Source of the DNA: Candidatus Bathyarchaeota archaeon
GTDB taxonomy: Archaea; Thermoproteota; Bathyarchaeia; Bathyarchaeales; Bathycorpusculaceae
Assembly: GCA_963767735.1 (NCBI GenBank)
Contig: CAVYES010000005.1
Location: forward strand, 64,001 to 128,000
Reading direction: 5' to 3'
Length of the DNA stretch: 64,000 nucleotides
A program made the translations under genes and the position numbers. Positions within the stretch are counted from its first letter, which is position 1. Every line of letters starts with the position of its first letter. The notes under the pieces were generated by a model. The model was not told the origin of the DNA. It worked only from the letters and a program-made list of their open reading frames with translations, and did not search any database. This document shows, piece by piece, positions 20,718 through 31,081 of this stretch.

Positions 20718-21518
20718 TTAGTTTAAGAACTCAACAATGTTTCTCCAAAAAATACTCCTTGACGCTTCTGATGGAGTATTGAAATTCATCAACACTGGAA
20801 AAGGTACCGCGTGCGACTGCTTTATTCTTGGGTCGTGAGTAAAGTATATTATGAAAGCGTTTCTGAGGAAGTCTATGTCGTACATTTTTCCTTCAAGACC
20901 TTTTTTGCCTCCTTTAAGCAGTCGGCGGAAATCTGCCCTTGTAATTTGTAAGCTGGAATATTCTTTTATTAAACTCGAAATTATGGCCTCCAGTTTGGAC
21001 CACTTTGCCCGCCTAATTTTGATCTGGAGATCTTTTTTTGTTTGGTCAAACAGGCACAAAATGGCAAAGCTATACGGATCAGAAAAACGGAACGCTTCGA
21101 TCTGGCACGCTGCTCCAAGTGTTCGCTCTTTTAAGAAACTTCCGAAAAATTCTGCTTCCGACGGAGATAATTCGAGCGCTTCGCAGCGGAACCCATGAGC
21201 AAAAAAGAAAAGCCAATCTTTCAATTTCATTTCAGCACCTGTTCCAAATGAACCTATTGTTTTCATGTGAGGCACAAGCTCAGGAACGGCTTTATTGCCA
21301 ATTATGTCTTTTGCTATTTCTGGATCGCGATACGGCGCGCTTACCCGTATAAGAGTGGGGTGTCTAAAAAAGAGCCTTTCAAGTGCTTTCCATTCACCAT
21401 TGGTTAAATTGTCTTCGAGATTGTTATTCCTGTCAGCATTCCAGTCTATCCCTGTCGCATCACTTTCAATTGTTATGTACGGTTTCTTCTCAACCTTTTT
21501 ATTATTTGACATTTTCAA
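20718..21518 (-). CDS. Hypothetical protein
   Basis: 266-aa ORF, no recognised motif. Confidence 0.6.
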   Translation of the reverse strand: MKMSNNKKVEKKPYITIESDATGIDWNADRNNNLEDNLTNGEWKALERLFFRHPTLIRVSAPYRDPEIAKDIIGNKAVPELVPHMKTIGSFGTGAEMKLKDWLFFFAHGFRCEALELSPSEAEFFGSFLKERTLGAACQIEAFRFSDPYSFAILCLFDQTKKDLQIKIRRAKWSKLEAIISSLIKEYSSLQITRADFRRLLKGGKKGLEGKMYDIDFLRNAFIIYFTHDPRIKQSHAVPFPVLMNFNTPSEASRSIFWRNIVEFLN

Positions 21519-21543
21519 CCCCTCTACCCGATAAATACGCGGA

Positions 21544-22668
21544 TTACCTTTTTTGCTTTATCGTTAGCGCGTTCGCTTCCAGTTTATAATCTATATTCAG
21601 AAGAATCCTCTGAAGGTACTTCCTTGCGGCTTTTTCATCCCAAGATAATCTTAGCTTTGGTTGGAAACGGTTGTCTTTTACAGGCCATCGTGGCATACTA
21701 AAAGTTCCCGATCGTATCGCTTTTTCCAAGTCTTTCCGGTAATCCAAAATCTGAATTTTACTGAGAGAATCTATGACCTCTTCAGCTGGTCTGAGAATGT
21801 CGTCGACGCAAACAATAAAGTTGTGTTTTTCAAGAAAATACTCTTCCATTCCAAAGTTCCAAAAACAACAAAGGAACTTCGGTATTTGGTCATCCATTTT
21901 CTCGAAAAATTCTCTTAAATGAGAAATCTTTCGTTCTAGTCGCTGATATTCTTCATATTCGTTGAGAGTGAGCGGAATGTCTTTCATCATCCTGTTGAAA
22001 CGCCACTGCGCCTTCGCTTTAAAATCCTCAACAGTATTGAGATCTTCTAATCTAGCTCGAACGAGCATTTTTGCAGATGCTGCTTTATCTTCTTTCTCCG
22101 TTTTAACTTTGCCCGACAGTTCCAAGCGACGTCGCATTTCATCATATAAACGTGCGTTATGTGGATATGCATTGGCGTCAGCTTTCAGATTATCTGGGAG
22201 CTCTTCGATTTTCTTCTGCATTAGAGCCCGAGTAACCCGATCAGTGATTATCCCGTTCGCATTGTCAAGACACACATTGATTTTCTCAATCTCTTCTTGA
22301 GTCATAAAATCCGTCAGGGCTGGTTGGCTGAAAACGACTGAAGCGCCAAGAGCATCTCTGCTCTCACCAAAGCACACAGACCCAGCAAAATCAACAAAAA
22401 TTGAAGCAAAACTTTTTCGCTGAACCTCATCTACTTTAGCAAAGCAATAGCAGCCTTTCTCCGAATCCCATTGCCTTATCACAAAATTGTGCCGGACAAG
22501 CTCAGTCAAATATCGGCCAAATTCATGTTTACTCTTCCTTTTAAGTGAAGGTGAAAGGCGCTCTTTTTTACTCCAGAGATCATTAAGGCTCAACCATTTG
22601 TCACCTTTTTCAGTCCAAAGATTTAGGATCTTAAGTGCATCCGAAAAGACTGTTGTCATGCTTGACAT
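21544..22668 (-). CDS. Hypothetical protein, possible N-terminal wHTH
   Basis: 374-aa ORF; FGRYLTELVRHNFV resembles a wHTH recognition helix. Confidence 0.6.
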   Translation of the reverse strand: MSSMTTVFSDALKILNLWTEKGDKWLSLNDLWSKKERLSPSLKRKSKHEFGRYLTELVRHNFVIRQWDSEKGCYCFAKVDEVQRKSFASIFVDFAGSVCFGESRDALGASVVFSQPALTDFMTQEEIEKINVCLDNANGIITDRVTRALMQKKIEELPDNLKADANAYPHNARLYDEMRRRLELSGKVKTEKEDKAASAKMLVRARLEDLNTVEDFKAKAQWRFNRMMKDIPLTLNEYEEYQRLERKISHLREFFEKMDDQIPKFLCCFWNFGMEEYFLEKHNFIVCVDDILRPAEEVIDSLSKIQILDYRKDLEKAIRSGTFSMPRWPVKDNRFQPKLRLSWDEKAARKYLQRILLNIDYKLEANALTIKQKR

Positions 22669-23246
22669 TTTGAGTTAACGATTAATTATATTTTTACCTA
22701 AGACCCGAAATGTGATCGAGCAATATCGGGAAAATCAGGAGAAAAAGGCAATTGAGCCAAAATAATCAGAAAGGCTACGTAAACATCGCCAAACTACTAA
22801 GATCTGCTGAAGAACTTCCATCGGGATGTGCTTTACGAGAAATCTTGTTGTCTGAGCATTCTGACGAAATGCCCATCGAGACCTTTTTGATCAAAGCCCC
22901 AATATGGCTCAAATTATCAAAGCTCCCAAGGAGATAATGCGAATGACCTTTCATGCTTTTTTAAATCCTTTCCGCAAAAAATTAAACAAAGACATGGGTG
23001 AGCCACCCATAAAGCCTGCCATCTACTTGAAATTGTTGAGGAGAATCAGGCTTTGAATTTTGCCCCCTCATTCGAACCTCACGTTTCTATCAGACGAAAT
23101 CTTAACAATCTGCAAGAATTGTCGAAATCAGACGACAACTTTAAACCCCCCAGCGCGGCGGTGTTAACTTTTCGTCATATCCACTTATTGTTAATTTTCC
23201 GTCTGATGCTCAAGAGGTTTCTCAGGAGATACGGAGTCCATAAAGG

Positions 23247-24371
23247 TTGACTGTTTTTAACGACATCTCTAGGTCGCAGAGTCCCTTTCAAACAAAAATG
23301 ACCGATTTTGGACTGAATTCTTTGCCTCTCCCACCGGAGAATTTGTCGGAGCTTTTGAAGCCTATTATATCTGCTTCACAACTCCCGCTTGATTTTTACA
23401 AAGATAGATGCTTGAGGTGTGGGAGGCCGTTGGTGGACGATGGGAATCGATATAATATACACGAAACTAAGAAGAAGCAATTCTGTCCAGATTGCGATAA
23501 AGTCACAACGCTGGGTTTCAATCGAGGGTCTCATGTACCTCTCTGGGTTTGGGACCGAGTTTTATTTTCAACAGCGAAAGGCCATAGAAATGTTGACATT
23601 CAAGAAGAAGTGGAAAGAGAAAGCAAATTCCACGGAGCAAAGTTCACGATAAGTGTTCCCACGATATACAGAATTAGATGGGCAAGCGATAAAATTGTAG
23701 ACAATTTCGAGCCTTACGCTTTCCGTTATCTTAAACCTAAACCTATCAATGGAACCTGGTGCATGGATAGCCGATATCATGATTTGCCTTTTGACCCAAG
23801 CCTCTTTCCGGGGAAAGTGCTTGACCCGAGAAAAGGGAATCCCCACATGTATGTAACAGCTGTGCTACATGAAAAGGCAACATACTGTTTCTCCAGTTGC
23901 GTTTCAAAGTGGCGCGACAAATTCATCGGTATTAGAGCTCTTTCACTTGCAATTGATAAGGCGGGTGTTGAACCTGATCCTTTGAAAATAGATAGCGCCA
24001 AAGAATTAATCGCTGCCGCAAAAGCTCTGCTTCCTGCTGAAAAAATTCTGTGCATTAATAAAAAATACGATTTCACTTTCAACCAAACTATGGAGGGTTG
24101 GTTTGGCGTTTTTGGTTTACGTCACAACAAACATGAGTGCCAATATAAAAGACCAGAAACTCAGGAGTGCGCCATGAACATTTTCCGAGATTTCCGCAAT
24201 TTCGTATGGCCCTTTAACAAAACTAAAAAGACTCCAGCGGAAACATTAGGACTCATCCTGCCTCGAAATATAGGAAACAAATTAAGTTTCATTCCGCTTC
24301 TCGATTTCGCATATCGCTTCACTCGTTTTGTTGAAGGCGAATCTGCAAAGGCTAAGAACAAACGCCTTTAG
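23247..24371 (+). CDS. Divergent DDE transposase/integrase-like protein (IS6-like fold)
   Basis: CLRC..FCPDC zinc ribbon, HTH, WCMD, LKID, TME, C-terminal KTPAETLG. Confidence 0.65.
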   Translation: MTVFNDISRSQSPFQTKMTDFGLNSLPLPPENLSELLKPIISASQLPLDFYKDRCLRCGRPLVDDGNRYNIHETKKKQFCPDCDKVTTLGFNRGSHVPLWVWDRVLFSTAKGHRNVDIQEEVERESKFHGAKFTISVPTIYRIRWASDKIVDNFEPYAFRYLKPKPINGTWCMDSRYHDLPFDPSLFPGKVLDPRKGNPHMYVTAVLHEKATYCFSSCVSKWRDKFIGIRALSLAIDKAGVEPDPLKIDSAKELIAAAKALLPAEKILCINKKYDFTFNQTMEGWFGVFGLRHNKHECQYKRPETQECAMNIFRDFRNFVWPFNKTKKTPAETLGLILPRNIGNKLSFIPLLDFAYRFTRFVEGESAKAKNKRL

Positions 24372-25492
24372 TTCTCGGATGCTTTATCAATTAGCTCTCT
24401 CCAACTCATCTTTCCATTAGAAATGCCTGCCATCTCACCTGGCGTTCTTCCTTTTAATGCCTTATGTTCCCTTATGAGGTTGTGATGCACTTGATATCCT
24501 TCTGCAAAAACCTCTGCTCCCTCTGCAGAGTTCAAGTGACCCATCGATTTGAGGCGCCTTTTTATGCAACCATTAAGTGCTTCGATTTTATTATTATTGA
24601 TTTTTCCAACAAGCGGACCGACAATGTGCAGTGGTCTTATATTTGAACCCTGAATATCATTTTTCCCTCCGAATTCACTTTCAAGTGCAAAGTCGTAACT
24701 TTGAAGACCGTCCGTGACAACTTCAAGCGGAGAATTCTTTGTGGCTTTCTTGCCCTTCTGGAACAGAATTATTGCGTCTTCTTTGCTTCTGCTCTGGCTT
24801 ATGTGCTGCGCGATAAGCTGTCTAGTTTCAGAGTCAAGAAGGCACCACATCACCATTTGTCTGCCTCTAACTTTTATGAGAGTCTCGTCGGCGTGCCATC
24901 GATCCGAGGTAGTCGCTTCCAATCCTTCAGTGTAGCGTCTAACCAGTTCAACATATTTTTTTATCCAATTATGGATAGTGACATAGGAAACGTCAATCCC
25001 GAATGTTGATTGCAGATGCTGCTGTACTTCTCTCAAGCTTATGCCACGGAAAAAAAGATCCAAAGCACATACGATCGTCATCGTTTGGTTTTTCATTCTC
25101 TCGTAGCCTCTTCGGTCAGTTGAGAATTTTCTGCATTGTTTGCAGTAGAATTTCTGGACTGGGCCGCTTTGGTTACGCCTGGGCCCGACCTTTACCAAAA
25201 ACTTGTCAGACCTGCAAATTCTGCACGAGAATACACTCTCTGAATCTCGCATCCCTTTGGTAATGTCTCTGATTGCGATAAAATACTGTATCGCGTAAAT
25301 ATGTTTGCATTGAGCGTTTCTTTTTTTGTAGTCTTCACATTCACAGCACCAATGGCTCCTTTGCCATGTTATTTCATACCACTTTTTAGGATTTGATTGA
25401 GAACGAACCAAAAATTGGGACCGACTTATGGGCTTGATGCTATTTCCCTTTGCTAAGAATTGAATTGCTTTTGCTTCGCGTTTATTTGCCAC
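24368..25492 (-). CDS. IS6-like DDE transposase with N-terminal SWIM zinc finger
   Basis: CECEDY..CKHIYA (SWIM), CRIC..YCKQC, WHADET, VVTDG, KIEALNG, RTPGEMAG. Confidence 0.85.
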   Translation of the reverse strand: MANKREAKAIQFLAKGNSIKPISRSQFLVRSQSNPKKWYEITWQRSHWCCECEDYKKRNAQCKHIYAIQYFIAIRDITKGMRDSESVFSCRICRSDKFLVKVGPRRNQSGPVQKFYCKQCRKFSTDRRGYERMKNQTMTIVCALDLFFRGISLREVQQHLQSTFGIDVSYVTIHNWIKKYVELVRRYTEGLEATTSDRWHADETLIKVRGRQMVMWCLLDSETRQLIAQHISQSRSKEDAIILFQKGKKATKNSPLEVVTDGLQSYDFALESEFGGKNDIQGSNIRPLHIVGPLVGKINNNKIEALNGCIKRRLKSMGHLNSAEGAEVFAEGYQVHHNLIREHKALKGRTPGEMAGISNGKMSWRELIDKASEN

Positions 25493-25504
25493 TTGAAGAA
25501 ACCT

Positions 25505-26833
25505 CTAATCTTTTCGGCTGGTTAAGAGAAGTGAGTTATGATTATCAGGAGCAACTTGAGTGATTGCATTATTGATTCTCGTCTGTAAGTCATTTAATAC
25601 TCGTCGTAAGTGCTTATCCAGGGTATCAATGTCTTGATCGATGCCGTCAGCGTTTGTCTCTATCCGCCGGGCTTTCTCCTTTATTCTTTTGACCCATTCA
25701 CAGTATTCAAATGCTTCTTTGATCGCTTCTCCAATTTTCTGGTCTGCGAAAAGTCTGCTAAAGTTTACTTCTTTGTGGCAGAAGGGTTGCAGTGCGATTA
25801 TGCTGGCCCTTAAGCCGCCGTATGCGACTCTAAAACATTCTCTATCTGTAACTAACATTACGCCTTCTGGGCATTGTTCGAAGAGGAAGCCGTTGGCGCC
25901 TTTGGGCATGTTGTCCACCGCCAGTATTGCGAAGTGTTCTCCTCTTAGTTTCATGTGAGTCCTAGTTTGTTGAATGAATAACCGGTTCCATCCGCTTCCA
26001 TTTTTTTTAGATTCTACTAAAATTTTGCTTAGATTTGCGCCGTTAAAGCGTGGGGTGGCTAAGATGTCAGTGTCCCCAGGGCCTCCAACATGTTCGCATT
26101 CATCTTCTGGGAAATACTCTCTGAGCTGTTCTACAAGTTCCAGTTCTCCTTGCCTACCCTTCTCAGAGGGAACTTTCTGGAATCGCAACAATTCTTCAAG
26201 CAGCGGCAGTGTTGCAGGCATCAACCGTGACAACAGCTTTAGTTGTTCAGGTTCAGGGAAGCCCATTTCTTCAAGAGTTTGCTTGAACTTTTCGGTGACT
26301 TCTTTCTTTATTGACTCCATTTTTCTTTCAGTAACTTCATTCAGCGTGTTAGTCATGGTTTGCATTGCGTTGAGTGTATCTTTAAATGTAGGCGTTCCCT
26401 CTCGAAGAGTCTTGAATTCGGTTTCTAACCTTATTCTAGTTTCTTGGAATTCTCCTTTCACATCTTTTCGGATATCATCGGGTAATTTTTCAATAATCTT
26501 TGGGAAAGTTTCGATGAACATTTTCATTGGTGCCAAGATTGCGTTCAACTGATTTTGAGTATTTGCAATCAACGTTTTTGATAGTTCATCAACGACCTCT
26601 CTTGTGTCAGAATTAAGCCCTATCTTAGGAATATTTGTCCACATCATCCTGAATATAGACAACGCTGGGTCGATTTTCTTTTCTTTTTCAAGGTTAGTTA
26701 GGAATTGAAGATTCTCAACAGCTATTGAATAACTGTCTGATTTGTTTCCACATATTGGACATATTTGCATTGTTGATATCAATACTCCTGCCGATTTATT
26801 TAACCACTCTACCACTGTACTATTATACATCAC
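25505..26833 (-). CDS. Coiled-coil protein with PD-(D/E)xK nuclease-like domain (DUF2130/RmuC-like)
   Basis: CPICG, long helical region, KGRQGELEL..GDTDI..ILVESKK. Confidence 0.6.
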   Translation of the reverse strand: MMYNSTVVEWLNKSAGVLISTMQICPICGNKSDSYSIAVENLQFLTNLEKEKKIDPALSIFRMMWTNIPKIGLNSDTREVVDELSKTLIANTQNQLNAILAPMKMFIETFPKIIEKLPDDIRKDVKGEFQETRIRLETEFKTLREGTPTFKDTLNAMQTMTNTLNEVTERKMESIKKEVTEKFKQTLEEMGFPEPEQLKLLSRLMPATLPLLEELLRFQKVPSEKGRQGELELVEQLREYFPEDECEHVGGPGDTDILATPRFNGANLSKILVESKKNGSGWNRLFIQQTRTHMKLRGEHFAILAVDNMPKGANGFLFEQCPEGVMLVTDRECFRVAYGGLRASIIALQPFCHKEVNFSRLFADQKIGEAIKEAFEYCEWVKRIKEKARRIETNADGIDQDIDTLDKHLRRVLNDLQTRINNAITQVAPDNHNSLLLTSRKD

Positions 26834-26948
26834 TTGACAGCTTCATTTAAATATTGTGGTAAAGTCTCTTGGTAGTAAGCTGGTAAAATCTCCATCCTTA
26901 AATAATGCTTACAAGTAATTATGTAAAAGGCTAACGGAGAGACCTCAA

Positions 26949-27098
26949 GTGGCAAAAATCACAATAACATTAAGTGATACGACAGAAAAGAAGTTAAGAT
27001 CATACGTTACTTCAAAATATCCTGAAAAACCTTTCGGAAAACTTAGTGGTGTGGTTGAGGAAGCATTAATCGAATATTTTGAAAAACGTTCGAAATAA
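26949..27098 (+). CDS. Ribbon-helix-helix (CopG-like) protein, not in the ORF track
   Basis: Manual translation MAKITITLSDTTEKKLRSYV...LSGVVEEALIEYF; GGAG RBS upstream. Confidence 0.75.
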   Translation: MAKITITLSDTTEKKLRSYVTSKYPEKPFGKLSGVVEEALIEYFEKRSK

Positions 27099-27142
27099 GG
27101 AGAATGCACTTTAGATCCTTGCTGGCATCGTTGAAACTGGGT

Positions 27143-27298
27143 TCAATCATCGCGTATCCAAACGGGTTTGCTGTCAACCATCTCCCGCTCGGAAGGTAAA
27201 GGGTGGGACAAGCCTAAGGCTTCAAACACTCCTGTCTCGGGTTCTCCCGCAATTATTTTGTCGTCTTTGACTAGGCCAGGCTTTCTAAGTGCGACCAT
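27143..27298 (-). pseudogene. Fragment resembling the family X DNA polymerase thumb
   Basis: GLVKDDKIIAGEPETGVFEALGLSHPLPSERE. Confidence 0.55.
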
Positions 27299-27305
27299 AC
27301 TGTCC

Positions 27306-27929
27306 TTAAATTATACCAGTATTAGGGCTCCGCGCTAAGTGTGCCCTAATTTGCCACTGCTTCTCTTTAGACTGCATAAGATTAACTGCTGCTCTTGCAG
27401 TACATGCACTTTCGGTAACCATCGCTGTAGCAGCCAATAGCAGTCGCGAACCAAACCGCGGATTGCTGCTGTCAGGCTCAATCCCACCGGATAATACATT
27501 ACTGCTCAGCATTCCTATAGCTTTCCTTAGCGAGGTAGCTACTGACAGAAAATTCTGGATCACTTGTTCATCTTGGTTTAGCAAAATGATCCAGTTAAGC
27601 AACAGATTGTTTAACGGCGCATTGCCAGGAGAAAAGCATACAGCGTTTGCGCTATCTTCATCTGACTTGTTTAAATAAGAACTTGCTGCCTGAATAGTGC
27701 CCGAAATGCTCCGGAGTTCTTCAATCAAACCTTTAAACAGTTCAACTTCTGCGTCAGCTAAACAATCGTCTTTGTTCTCAACCCAACGAATCGACAAACT
27801 TTTTAGCGCAGAAGCTAATGCTTCAAGCTCTATGGTTTTTTGAGTTGACAAGCTAACAAAGGCTCGATGTCTTTTGCAAAAATTTTCAAACTGAAATAAG
27901 TCTTGATTAAACTCTATTTCTTGAGACAA
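27306..27929 (-). CDS. Hypothetical helical protein
   Basis: 207-aa ORF with GGAG RBS. Confidence 0.6.
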   Translation of the reverse strand: MSQEIEFNQDLFQFENFCKRHRAFVSLSTQKTIELEALASALKSLSIRWVENKDDCLADAEVELFKGLIEELRSISGTIQAASSYLNKSDEDSANAVCFSPGNAPLNNLLLNWIILLNQDEQVIQNFLSVATSLRKAIGMLSSNVLSGGIEPDSSNPRFGSRLLLAATAMVTESACTARAAVNLMQSKEKQWQIRAHLARSPNTGII

Positions 27930-28247
27930 GTTGAATCTCCAGAATCAGAGAATGGCTTATAGTTAGGAATTAAATGCTTTGGCATTGTAATCTTTTATTT
28001 TCCTTGCCTTGAGGTCCTGAATTTTACGCTATTAATTAAAACTAATCAATTGCTAAAGCAAAAAATGGTGATAAATTGAGCTCTTATAGTTAAAAGAGAA
28101 GAAATGCACGCCCGAAATTGTTAATTAACATAGGATTTTACAACACTGTGAGCGTTAAAGCGATATTCACGTAATAAAATCGCACTTTCAAACAAATAGC
28201 CATTTAATGGTTAAATTAGCAATCAAATATAAGGTAACAAACGTTAA

Positions 28248-28270
28248 GGGTTCAAATCCATAGAGACCTG
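28248..28270 (+). repeat. Degenerate tRNA 3'-end (att-like) copy
   Basis: gggttcaaatcc exact for 12 bp, then degenerate. Confidence 0.5.
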
Positions 28271-28689
28271 CACCGTTAAAAACCGAAAGAGCTCTTTAGC
28301 TGGCGCTTCCATGACTGGCTATATACGTCGCTATTGGAATAACCATTAACTCGCAGAAATTACATACCCAGCCGAAAGGCAAAAGCCTTTTGCTCATAAA
28401 ATACAATGAATGTCTGCCCTGATTGTAGGATATAAAGTGAACTCTGTCGGACTGAGTCACTCCAGCTACTGTTCAAGATACAAAAGGTACTGCATAATTA
28501 TCGTACGCAGATATTGCAAGTAACTCGAAACTTTTTCCTAAAATTCCTTTTGCAATTTCAACAACTTGAAGATATAAAACTACAAATAGTGTTACGGTAA
28601 ATTTGAATGAACGCTATGGTATCGATAATTGGCAAGGCAAAACAATCTCAAAGAAAGGCTTTTGAAAACCTTAGACGTGATTGGCGATT

Positions 28690-30015
28690 TTATTTGACAT
28701 GTGTTTGAATCGTATAAGACGAGCCTTGTTTAATGATTTGTGTTGCGTTTGACGCGTTGAAGGTTAGTGTGTTTCCAGAACTTGTTAGAATTACTATCTT
28801 GTTACCCGCCGTAAGGTTCTGCTCTTGTGTTGTTAGAGATGTTAGATTAGATAAATTGGCGGGCAAGTGTCCGCCGTTTTCTGAGGTGAGATTTTGGTTT
28901 GCTGATTGATTGTCGCTAATGTATTTATTGTTTTTAGCTGAAAAAGAAGTTTGGGCTTGTACTGCGGTATATCCTGACAATATAGCTGTTGTGACAAGGA
29001 TTGCCACTAGCAATAGAGAGGCGGTTCGGCGGCGAGGTTTTGGATGGGTTTTGGATATAGCTGTATTGATGTTGTGGACTCGATTAGCTATTGCTGGATG
29101 CATAGAAAGTATTCCATGACTATGTCTATTGGCAAGAGGCGACATGAGAAACAAACTCGCGGAAAGTCTCTCTGCAAAGCGTGCTTTAGGAAACTCCTGT
29201 ATTGCGCTCTCAAGTTTTGCTAGAACATTTGCCATTAGTTTCGGTTGATCAAGTAAAGCCGCTCCTTTCTCATCAGCAAGCAACTCTCGCTCTCTTTGAG
29301 CTTTGGTTGCTGCAAAATATGAGAGGGGATTAAAAAATGAAAGGATGGTTAAGCTGTTTAATATGCTTCTGAATAGGTAGTCTCTTGATTTGATGTGTGC
29401 CAGTTCATGAGAAGCAACCGCTGTCAACTCATCTATGTTAAGCATTTCTAAAATTCCTAATGAGAAAACTATGTCAACATCACGTCCGTATCCCACTGTA
29501 AAAGCATTAGGCCTCAAATCTTCAATTAAACCTACTTTCGGCTCAGAAATACCGATTTTGTGAGCGATTTCCTTAACCTTTTCTTGAAGAGCCGCATACT
29601 CGCCAGGAGCCATTCGAAAAACATGTAGATTTCTCATAACGATTCTTTTTCCAAAAGCAAGCGTAAATACAAGATAACCAGCAGCAGCAACTATTGCACT
29701 TAGACATAATGACCCTGTTATTGATAGAGTGCTCGCTGAACTGTTCCAAAAAAGTGCGTAAGACGATTTAGCTGTGACTACAAACATAGATTGGAAACCT
29801 GAGGAGGGAAGTATGGTTTGTGGATTAAAGAAGATAAATACAATTAATGAAGTCAAAAGTGGGATGAGCCAGATAATGCTCTGATTTTTCCTACTTAGTA
29901 AGGGATTAAGTTTCAAAAATACTTCGATGCAGACGAAAGCTATTGAGAGAAAGACTATTGAATAAAAGAAGTATGGCTGTAAGATTTGAACCAAAAAATC
30001 ATTTAAGCCTAACAT
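28690..30015 (-). CDS. M48/M56 (BlaR1-like) membrane zinc metallopeptidase
   Basis: N-terminal TM segments, PNAFTVG, HELAH, ERELLAD, HP..R. Confidence 0.9.
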   Translation of the reverse strand: MLGLNDFLVQILQPYFFYSIVFLSIAFVCIEVFLKLNPLLSRKNQSIIWLIPLLTSLIVFIFFNPQTILPSSGFQSMFVVTAKSSYALFWNSSASTLSITGSLCLSAIVAAAGYLVFTLAFGKRIVMRNLHVFRMAPGEYAALQEKVKEIAHKIGISEPKVGLIEDLRPNAFTVGYGRDVDIVFSLGILEMLNIDELTAVASHELAHIKSRDYLFRSILNSLTILSFFNPLSYFAATKAQRERELLADEKGAALLDQPKLMANVLAKLESAIQEFPKARFAERLSASLFLMSPLANRHSHGILSMHPAIANRVHNINTAISKTHPKPRRRTASLLLVAILVTTAILSGYTAVQAQTSFSAKNNKYISDNQSANQNLTSENGGHLPANLSNLTSLTTQEQNLTAGNKIVILTSSGNTLTFNASNATQIIKQGSSYTIQTHVK

Positions 30016-30022
30016 AGTCTAT

Positions 30023-30475
30023 TCATTTCTTCTTTTCCTTTATGGTTTTATCGATTTTGTTTTTTAACTCTTCTAACTTTTTATCACTATTTGCAGTTTT
30101 CTCGATAAGGCAGTTGGTGACTAGATCGTCAAAGTTTTCCATAAGACTGCTCAACACTTCGCGGACGGCCGCTTCTTTGAAGTTTTGTTCATCTACCTTT
30201 GGCCAGTAAACATAGAAGACGCCGCCTTTTCCTTTTTCCACACTTCGATTAAGTAGACCTTTTTCATACAGCCTATCCATAGCGTTCATGACTGTGGTGT
30301 AGGCTATGGATTTTTTCTTTTGGAGAGTTTCAACAACCTCTCGTACAGTAATTTGTCTTTTTTTGGAGCACCAGATGATTTCGATTACGCTTGCTTCTAG
30401 TGGACCCAAAAATGCTTCCAGTTGCTTTCCTTCAACATTGTACTGTGAAACTGCAGTTTTCTTCTCCGACGACAA
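30023..30475 (-). CDS. BlaI/MecI/CopY family repressor
   Basis: LGPLEASVIEIIW..TVREV..IAYTTVMNAMDRLYEKGLL. Confidence 0.9.
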   Translation of the reverse strand: MSSEKKTAVSQYNVEGKQLEAFLGPLEASVIEIIWCSKKRQITVREVVETLQKKKSIAYTTVMNAMDRLYEKGLLNRSVEKGKGGVFYVYWPKVDEQNFKEAAVREVLSSLMENFDDLVTNCLIEKTANSDKKLEELKNKIDKTIKEKKK

Positions 30476-30511
30476 AGAAGTTCCTCAATTACTATTCAAG
30501 ATAGTAGCATT

Positions 30512-30892
30512 TTAATATTTTCCATAATAGTTGGCAACAATGTCGCCGAAGTTTTCTAATAGACTATTTAGTACTTCATTAACTGCAATTTCTTTGAATT
30601 TTTGTTCTTCCAATTTTGGCCAGTATGCATAATACCAGCCACCTTTACCTTTTTCTATACGCCTGTCAAGCAGGTCTTTTTCGTAAAGTCTGTCCATAGT
30701 GTTCATTATAGTTGTGTAGGCGATTTGTTTTTTCTTTTTGAGCGCTTCATGTACTACCCGCACAGTGATAGGTCTTTTTTTGAAAGACCACACGGTCTTT
30801 ATTACTTCTGCTTCCAGCGGACCTAGAAAAGCTTCCAATTCCTTGCCTTCAATGTTGTATTGAGAAATAGCCGCTTTTTTCTCGGTAGGCAT
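30512..30892 (-). CDS. BlaI/MecI/CopY family repressor (tandem paralog)
   Basis: Highly similar to 30023-30475, with a shorter C-terminus. Confidence 0.9.
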   Translation of the reverse strand: MPTEKKAAISQYNIEGKELEAFLGPLEAEVIKTVWSFKKRPITVRVVHEALKKKKQIAYTTIMNTMDRLYEKDLLDRRIEKGKGGWYYAYWPKLEEQKFKEIAVNEVLNSLLENFGDIVANYYGKY

Positions 30893-30907
30893 GTCACACT
30901 TCCTTTG

Positions 30908-31058
30908 CTACCATAGTTGTGGTAGGGCTTTTTAACGTTGCTCAAATAATCTTTTCTAACACACGGTGTTTTCCTTGTTGAATTGTGCTCTTAGGCTTTT
31001 TTGAATGAGCTACTATCGCCCACAGTAACATTTATTAAAGCTACCATTGATATGGTAC
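30908..31058. promoter_or_regulatory. Divergent promoter region with two TACCA-N6-TGGTA palindromes (putative BlaI operators)
   Basis: ctaccatagttgtggtag at 30908-30925 and ctaccattgatatggtac at 31041-31058. Confidence 0.65.
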
Positions 31059-31081
31059 CAACACTTAGGGAGGTATAAAAA

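Noticed and set aside
27138-27150. ctgggttcaatc as an att remnant
   Set aside because: Short match overlapping the end of a coding remnant; not distinguishable from chance
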